In this document: positions 26,827 to 32,000 of the stretch, one piece after another
Position numbering within the stretch: the first letter of the stretch is position 1
Layout of the letters: each line of letters begins with the position of its first letter
NCBI RefSeq assembly: GCF_000039765.1
Contig: NC_004460.2
Location: forward strand, 810,001-842,000
Reading direction: 5' to 3'
Source of the DNA: Vibrio vulnificus CMCP6
GTDB lineage: Bacteria > Pseudomonadota > Gammaproteobacteria > Enterobacterales > Vibrionaceae
DNA length: 32,000 bases
Made by a program: the position numbers and the translations under genes
The notes under the pieces: generated by a model
Told to the model about the DNA's origin: nothing
The model's input: only the letters and a program-made list of their open reading frames with translations
The model's database searches: none

Positions 26827-27735
26827 ATGATTATGAAAACCAATTATCAACAACGTTTGATCCCTGTGATTCGCTATCTCGAGAACCACTTTGACACGCC
26901 TCTAAACCTAGAAGAAGTGGCTCGTCTGGCCCACCTTTCTCCTTACCATTTCCATCGCATCTTTAAAGCGGTCACTGGTGAGACGCTTAATGAATACTTG
27001 CGTCGCCTTCGACTGGAAAAGATTGCCAATCTGCTGTTTTACAGCAAACCCAGCGTGACTGAGGTGGCGCTAGACTATGGATTCTCCAGCTCGCAAAGCT
27101 TAGCGAAAGCATTTCGGCAGCATTTTGGACTTACGCCCTCACAGATTCGACAGTGTGAAACGCTTGAACAGTTTGCTCTGGTGCTACAAGAGAGCAAGAT
27201 AGGACACACGCTGCGCAAGAATGGACACGAAGCACTCACTGAACCCTCATACACTGGAGGGGAATCACAAACATGGAGTAGCACAATGGATATTCAAACA
27301 TTCCCAGCCAGTAAAATTGCTTATATTCGTGTCACTGGTGAGTACGGCAAAAACTACGAATCAGCCACACAAAAGTTATATCAATGGGCAGGACCACGTG
27401 GTTTGGCGGGCAACACCTGTATTTTCATTTATCACGATAACCCTGAGATTACCCCTGCGGACAAATGTCGAACGGACATCTGCTTGCTCAACTGTGAAAA
27501 TGCGGAGGGAAATGGCGAGCTCGAAATCAAAGACTTTCCTGGCGGTGAGTATGCGTTCATCCGTAAAACCATTACCGATAACGCGCAATATGCCACCGCG
27601 TGGGACGAGTTGATGGCACGGCTTGTCGAGCGTGGCTTGGAGTCGGATGAGCGTCCTTGCTTTGAGCTGTATCATTCCTATGATCCACAGACCCAGCACG
27701 CGGATGTCAGTTTCTGCACTGCCGTTACAGCCTAA
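26827..27735 (+). CDS. AraC family regulator with GyrI-like C-terminal domain
   Basis: RYLENHFDTPLNLEEVARLAHLSPYHFHRIFKAVTGETLNEYLRRLRLEKIANLL, then FPASKIAYIRVTGEYG...PADKCRTDICL...GGEYAFIRKT (GyrI-like). Start placed at the ATG at 26827. Confidence 0.9.
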   Translation: MIMKTNYQQRLIPVIRYLENHFDTPLNLEEVARLAHLSPYHFHRIFKAVTGETLNEYLRRLRLEKIANLLFYSKPSVTEVALDYGFSSSQSLAKAFRQHFGLTPSQIRQCETLEQFALVLQESKIGHTLRKNGHEALTEPSYTGGESQTWSSTMDIQTFPASKIAYIRVTGEYGKNYESATQKLYQWAGPRGLAGNTCIFIYHDNPEITPADKCRTDICLLNCENAEGNGELEIKDFPGGEYAFIRKTITDNAQYATAWDELMARLVERGLESDERPCFELYHSYDPQTQHADVSFCTAVTA

Positions 27736-27904
27736 ATCGAAACTGGGTGAGCGGTTGCTCACCCATGCTCACAAACAAAACGTATTAATGTCAGATAATT
27801 CATAAAAATAAGCGATAAAACAAACTCGATACCACTCTTTATTTTTCACTTATTGAAAATCACATCTATTTGTTTTTATTAAGTAAAAAAAACAACAAAG
27901 TCAA

Positions 27905-27920
27905 ATGCAAACGTTTTATT
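27905..27920. promoter_or_regulatory. Putative PurR box upstream of codBA
   Basis: ATGCAAACGTTTTATT matches 13/16 of ACGCAAACGTTTTCGT including the core GCAAACGTTTT. Confidence 0.65.
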
Positions 27921-27933
27921 AACAAAAACATCA

Positions 27934-27963
27934 TTGACAGCCTTGTTTTCATCACCATAATAC
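27934..27963 (+). promoter_or_regulatory. Putative sigma-70 promoter for codBA
   Basis: TTGACA at 27934-27939, 18-nt spacer, TAATAC at 27958-27963. Confidence 0.6.
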
Positions 27964-27972
27964 GCGCCGTTT

Positions 27973-27987
27973 ACCCAAAATTTGGGT
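27973..27987. promoter_or_regulatory. Near-palindrome, possible operator in the codB leader
   Basis: ACCCAAA-A-TTTGGGT, located just after the predicted transcription start and just before a TATAAT at 27989-27994. Confidence 0.55.
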
Positions 27988-28023
27988 CTATAATGACTAT
28001 TCTATTGTATCGTGGAGGTAAAA

Positions 28024-29262
28024 ATGGCGGCCGATAATAACTTCAGTTTGGGCCCGGTTCCCAACTCAGCCAGAAAAGGCGTTGCGTCTTTAACCATGGT
28101 GATGTTAGGGCTCACTTTCTTCTCCGCGAGTATGTGGACGGGCGGTTCACTCGGTACTGGACTCTCATTTAACGATTTCTTCCTCGCTGTTCTCATTGGT
28201 AACCTCATCCTCGGTATTTACACTTCTTTCCTAGGTTACATCGGCGCTTCTACTGGTCTCTCTACTCACCTTCTTGCTCGTTTCTCTTTTGGCTCTAAAG
28301 GCTCTTGGCTTCCTTCCGCACTGCTTGGTGGTACACAAGTCGGTTGGTTTGGTGTTGGCGTGGCCATGTTTGCGATTCCAGTCAACAAAGCGACAGGCAT
28401 TGATACCAATACCCTCATCGTCATTTCTGGTCTATTAATGACGGCGACGGTTTACTTCGGTATCTCTGCGCTGATGGTGCTATCTGCCATTGCAGTACCA
28501 GCAATTGCGTTACTCGGCGGATACTCGGTAGTAGAAGCGGTAAACAGCGTGGGTGGTGTGGCAGAGCTGCAAAAAGTACAACCTGCGCAACCGCTGGACT
28601 TCTCTGTGGCTCTCGCCATGGTAGTTGGCTCTTTCATCAGTGCAGGGACGCTGACCGCAGACTTCGTACGATTCGGCAGAAAGCCAAAAGGCGCGGTGAT
28701 GGTCACTATGGTGGCATTCTTTATCGGCAACTCACTGATGTTTATCTTTGGCGCTGCGGGCGCGGCAGTCACTGGTCAATCCGACATCTCCGAAGTGATG
28801 ATTGCGCAAGGTCTGCTTATCCCGGCGATCATTGTGCTTGGTTTGAATATCTGGACCACCAACGACAACGCGCTTTACGCATCCGGTCTAGGCTTCTCTA
28901 ACATCACAGGCTTGCCAAGCAAATACATCTCCATGGTGAACGGTTTGGTCGGCACGTTATGCGCACTATGGCTGTACAATAACTTTGTCGGCTGGCTAAC
29001 CTTCCTGTCGCTTGCCATTCCACCCATTGGTGGCGTCATCATTGCGGATTTCTTTATCAACCGTAAACGTTATTCCAATTTCGCCGCAGCAGAGTTCCAA
29101 ACAGTCAACTGGGCTGGCATTATCGCCGTAGCGATTGGTGTGGTTGCAGGTCACTTCCTACCAGGTGTAGTACCTGTCAATGCGGTACTCGGCGGCACAA
29201 TCAGCTACCTGATTCTCAATCCTATTCTAAATAAAAAGAGACTGGCCGAACTGCCAGCGTAA
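28024..29262 (+). CDS. codB: Cytosine permease
   Basis: NNFSLGPVPNSARKGVASLTMVMLGLTFFSASMWTGGSLGTG; NCS1 family; GGAGG before the ATG at 28024; adjacent to codA. Confidence 0.95.
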   Translation: MAADNNFSLGPVPNSARKGVASLTMVMLGLTFFSASMWTGGSLGTGLSFNDFFLAVLIGNLILGIYTSFLGYIGASTGLSTHLLARFSFGSKGSWLPSALLGGTQVGWFGVGVAMFAIPVNKATGIDTNTLIVISGLLMTATVYFGISALMVLSAIAVPAIALLGGYSVVEAVNSVGGVAELQKVQPAQPLDFSVALAMVVGSFISAGTLTADFVRFGRKPKGAVMVTMVAFFIGNSLMFIFGAAGAAVTGQSDISEVMIAQGLLIPAIIVLGLNIWTTNDNALYASGLGFSNITGLPSKYISMVNGLVGTLCALWLYNNFVGWLTFLSLAIPPIGGVIIADFFINRKRYSNFAAAEFQTVNWAGIIAVAIGVVAGHFLPGVVPVNAVLGGTISYLILNPILNKKRLAELPA

Positions 29263-29271
29263 GGAACCATC

Positions 29272-30549
29272 ATGACAACACTATTGATCAAGAACGCAAC
29301 GCTTAAGGGACAGGAAGGTCTCCAGCAAATTTTGATTGAGGATGGTCAATTCACGCGTATTGAAAACAACAATGTCGAACTCAATTACACTGGTGACGTT
29401 CTTGATGCCGAGGGCGGCATGGCGGTCGCCCCGTTCTGCGAGCCGCACATTCACCTTGATACCACGCAAACCGCGGGTGAGCCAAGCTGGAATATCTCCG
29501 GGACACTTTTCGAAGGCATCGAGCGTTGGGCTGAGCGCAAAGAGACGCTGTCGATTGAAGATGTCAAATCGCGCGCGAAGCAAACACTTAAGTGGCAAAT
29601 CGCCAACGGTGTGCAACACGTTCGTACTCATGTTGACGTATCAGACCCGACTCTAATCGCGCTAAAAGCGATGGTGGAAGTGCGTGAAGAGATGAAAGAG
29701 TGGGTAGACATCCAAATCGTTGCATTTCCGCAAGAAGGCATTCTGTCTTACCCGAACGGCAAAGAGTTGCTAGAAGAAGCGGTTCAATTGGGTGCGGATG
29801 TGATTGGTGCGATCCCTCACTTTGAATTCACCCGCGAATACGGCATCGAGTCGCTGCATTATGTGTTTGAACTGGCCCAAAAATACGATCGTTTGATCGA
29901 TGTGCACTGTGATGAGATTGATGATGAGCAATCGCGCTTTGTTGAAACGCTGGCAGCACTGGCACACAAGTTCAACATGGGTCACAAGGTAACCGCAAGC
30001 CATACAACGGCAATGGGTTCTTATAACGGTGCGTACGCCTCTCGCCTCTTCCGTTTGCTGCGCATGTCGGGCATCAACTTCGTGGCGAACCCGCTGGTCA
30101 ACATCCACCTTCAAGGTCGCTTTGATGACTACCCGAAACGCCGTGGTGTCACGCGCGTAAAAGAGATGCTCAACGCCAACATCAACGTCTGTTTTGGTCA
30201 CGATGACGTGTTTGATCCTTGGTACCCACTAGGCACAGCAAACATGCTGCAAGTGCTGCACATGGGTCTGCATGTTTGCCAAGTGATGGGATACGACCAA
30301 ATCAACACCTCACTTGATCTGATCAGCACCAACTCAGCGCGTACGCTGAACATTCAAGACAAGCACGGTATTGAAGCAGGTAAACCTGGTAGCTTGCTGA
30401 TCCTTCCAGCGGAAAATGGTTTTGATGCTGTGCGTCGCCAAGTGCCGGTTCGTTACTCTGTTCGTCACGGTAAAGTGATTGCGGAAACGCAACCTGCGAC
30501 AACGCACATCCACCTTGGTGAGCGTGAACAAGTCACTTTTCAGCGCTAA
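29272..30549 (+). CDS. codA: Cytosine deaminase
   Basis: [79 protein letters not shown]; near-identical motif order to E. coli CodA. Confidence 0.97.
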   Translation: MTTLLIKNATLKGQEGLQQILIEDGQFTRIENNNVELNYTGDVLDAEGGMAVAPFCEPHIHLDTTQTAGEPSWNISGTLFEGIERWAERKETLSIEDVKSRAKQTLKWQIANGVQHVRTHVDVSDPTLIALKAMVEVREEMKEWVDIQIVAFPQEGILSYPNGKELLEEAVQLGADVIGAIPHFEFTREYGIESLHYVFELAQKYDRLIDVHCDEIDDEQSRFVETLAALAHKFNMGHKVTASHTTAMGSYNGAYASRLFRLLRMSGINFVANPLVNIHLQGRFDDYPKRRGVTRVKEMLNANINVCFGHDDVFDPWYPLGTANMLQVLHMGLHVCQVMGYDQINTSLDLISTNSARTLNIQDKHGIEAGKPGSLLILPAENGFDAVRRQVPVRYSVRHGKVIAETQPATTHIHLGEREQVTFQR

Positions 30550-30576
30550 CATTGGTGATAAATGCCTTTGAAGACG

Positions 30577-30602
30577 AAATTGGCCCATCGGGCCAATTTT
30601 TT
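30577..30602 (+). terminator. Rho-independent terminator after codA
   Basis: AAATTGGCCC-atc-GGGCCAATTT-TTT. Confidence 0.93.
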
Positions 30603-30804
30603 CATTCAACCCCATTAATATGGAATCAATCTCACATAAATATTAAGTAATTTAATAATAAATTGTGGAATATTTGCGCACTTAAAAAATCACGACTAGT
30701 GTTAAGACAACCCAGTGAACCTGAAAAGAGATAGCGAATTTTCAGAATTCACTAACAACGTCACACTCACAACTCTCATATCAATGATAATAACTCAATA
30801 TTAA

Positions 30805-30824
30805 ACGGCTCCCTTAGGAGCCGT
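30805..30824. terminator. Hairpin, likely terminator (probably for the - strand Lon-like gene)
   Basis: ACGGCTCC-ctta-GGAGCCGT; on the - strand it is followed by TTAATATT. Confidence 0.6.
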
Positions 30825-30871
30825 CTTTGTTACTAGAAAATCAACACATAAAATATTGATTTTATTAGTTA

Positions 30872-32000
30872 TCACTTTCTCAGCGCGTTGAGTTTGGCTT
30901 GAGCAATACCAAAGATAGTGTCAATGGGGTAGCTGCCATCATCGGTGGGCTCGCCCGCCGATTTGCCGGTAAAGATCTCAATTGCTTCAGTGACATGGTC
31001 AATCGCCCAAATATGGAAATCGCCTTTTTCTACGGCTTTAACAATATCTGGTCTCAACATCAGATTATGCACATTCGAGCGTGGAATAATCACCCCTTGT
31101 TGATCATGACGACCTTTGATAGCACACACATCAAAGAAGCCTTCGATCTTCTCGTTTACCCCGCCAATCGGCTGTGACTCACCAAATTGGTTCATCGAGC
31201 CGGTGATCGCGATATCCTGTCGGTTTGGCTGTTTAGAAAACGCCGACACAACGGCACACAACTCCGCCATGCTGGCGCTATCGCCGTCCACACCGCCATA
31301 CGATTGCTCAAACGTAATCGTCGTCGTCAGTGGCACTTTCGCATTACGGCCAAATACCGATGAGAGGTAAGCCGACAATATCATCACGCCTTTAGAGTGA
31401 ATGCTGCCCCCCAAATCCACGCTACGTTCAATATCGATCACCTCACCATCACCATAACAAGTGGTGGCAGTAATACGGTTTGGCGCGCCAAATGCGTGAT
31501 CACTGGTACTCAAAACAGAAAGTGCATTTACTTGGCCCACCGCACTACCTTCGGTACGAATTAACGTGGTGCCATTAATAAATCCTTCCATCACAGCATC
31601 TTGCAATCGGCTCACTCGCATTTCTTGATTGCTCAGAGCCTCCTCAACGTGACCGATGCGGATCATGTTAGAGTTAGACTGCTTGGCCACATAGTTCGAC
31701 TCACGTAGCAAATTGGCAATGTGCGCCGAATGCAATGAGAGCTTGCCTTGGTCTCCCACTAGACGAGAGCTGTGCTCAATGATGCGCGCAATGGCTTTCT
31801 TATCGCAATGCAGCATGCCATTGTCGTGCACCACACTGGAGATAAAGCGCGCGTACTGAAGTTCAGATTCCGGTGTACGCTTCATTTCATCTTCAAAATC
31901 GGCCGTGACTCGGAACAGCTCGCTGAACTCTGGATCGTAGTGTTGTAACAACTGATACGTGCGATAGTCGCCAAACAAAATGATCTTAATGTCGAGAGGA
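30872..32000 (-). CDS. Lon-like ATP-dependent protease (LonH/YcbZ-type), C-terminal part, truncated by window edge
   Basis: Frame stays open to the window edge (…PLDIKIILFGDYRTYQLLQHYDPEF). Protease domain with catalytic Ser in GGVDGDSASMAEL and Lys in IGGVNEKIEGFF. Confidence 0.92.
   Translation of the reverse strand, partial: PLDIKIILFGDYRTYQLLQHYDPEFSELFRVTADFEDEMKRTPESELQYARFISSVVHDNGMLHCDKKAIARIIEHSSRLVGDQGKLSLHSAHIANLLRESNYVAKQSNSNMIRIGHVEEALSNQEMRVSRLQDAVMEGFINGTTLIRTEGSAVGQVNALSVLSTSDHAFGAPNRITATTCYGDGEVIDIERSVDLGGSIHSKGVMILSAYLSSVFGRNAKVPLTTTITFEQSYGGVDGDSASMAELCAVVSAFSKQPNRQDIAITGSMNQFGESQPIGGVNEKIEGFFDVCAIKGRHDQQGVIIPRSNVHNLMLRPDIVKAVEKGDFHIWAIDHVTEAIEIFTGKSAGEPTDDGSYPIDTIFGIAQAKLNALRK

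Noticed and set aside
27744-27765. TGGGTGAGC-ggtt-GCTCACCCA hairpin after the AraC/GyrI gene as a canonical terminator
   Set aside because: Perfect 9-bp stem but no following T tract, so not listed as a terminator; probably a 3'-end structure only.
1-32000. Mobile elements, prophage, integron attC-like arrays, CRISPR arrays, toxin-antitoxin or anti-phage systems
   Set aside because: No transposase/integrase/recombinase or phage proteins, no regularly spaced direct repeats, and no small co-transcribed toxin-antitoxin-like pair could be recognised; gene content is typical metabolic/regulatory chromosome content.

Overview
This 32 kb window looks like ordinary Vibrionaceae-type chromosomal DNA. 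No IS element, prophage, CRISPR array, tRNA/rRNA or recognisable defence system was seen. From left to right it contains: the start of yceH (- strand); tmaR/yeeX; a MATE transporter; a divergent module of a hybrid sensor kinase facing a small PBP-like protein plus a porin-like barrel; a long-form GAPDH; a LysR regulator divergent from a PurA paralog; a Prx5-type peroxiredoxin; an amino-acid export neighbourhood (LysE, LysR, Lrp/AsnC, YjeH); a class II glutamine amidotransferase plus MocR-type regulator divergent from a PNPOx-like protein; an RstAB-like two-component pair; a lipoprotein; an AraC regulator next to a YiaW/YiaV-like (DUF3302 + HlyD) pair; mgtE; an AraC/GyrI-like protein; codBA; and a truncated Lon-like protease. 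The strongest signal missing from the ORF track is a Qrr quorum-sensing sRNA gene at about 26612-26719. It has a sigma-54 -24/-12 promoter, two tandem LuxO-type operators and a rho-independent terminator. Other points worth checking are the divergent PurA paralog, the degenerate receiver domain in the hybrid kinase, a PurR-like box plus palindrome upstream of codBA, repeated half-sites between the MocR and PNPOx genes, and several long perfect inverted repeats in intergenic DNA. All family calls come from recognising protein motifs by eye; no database search was run.
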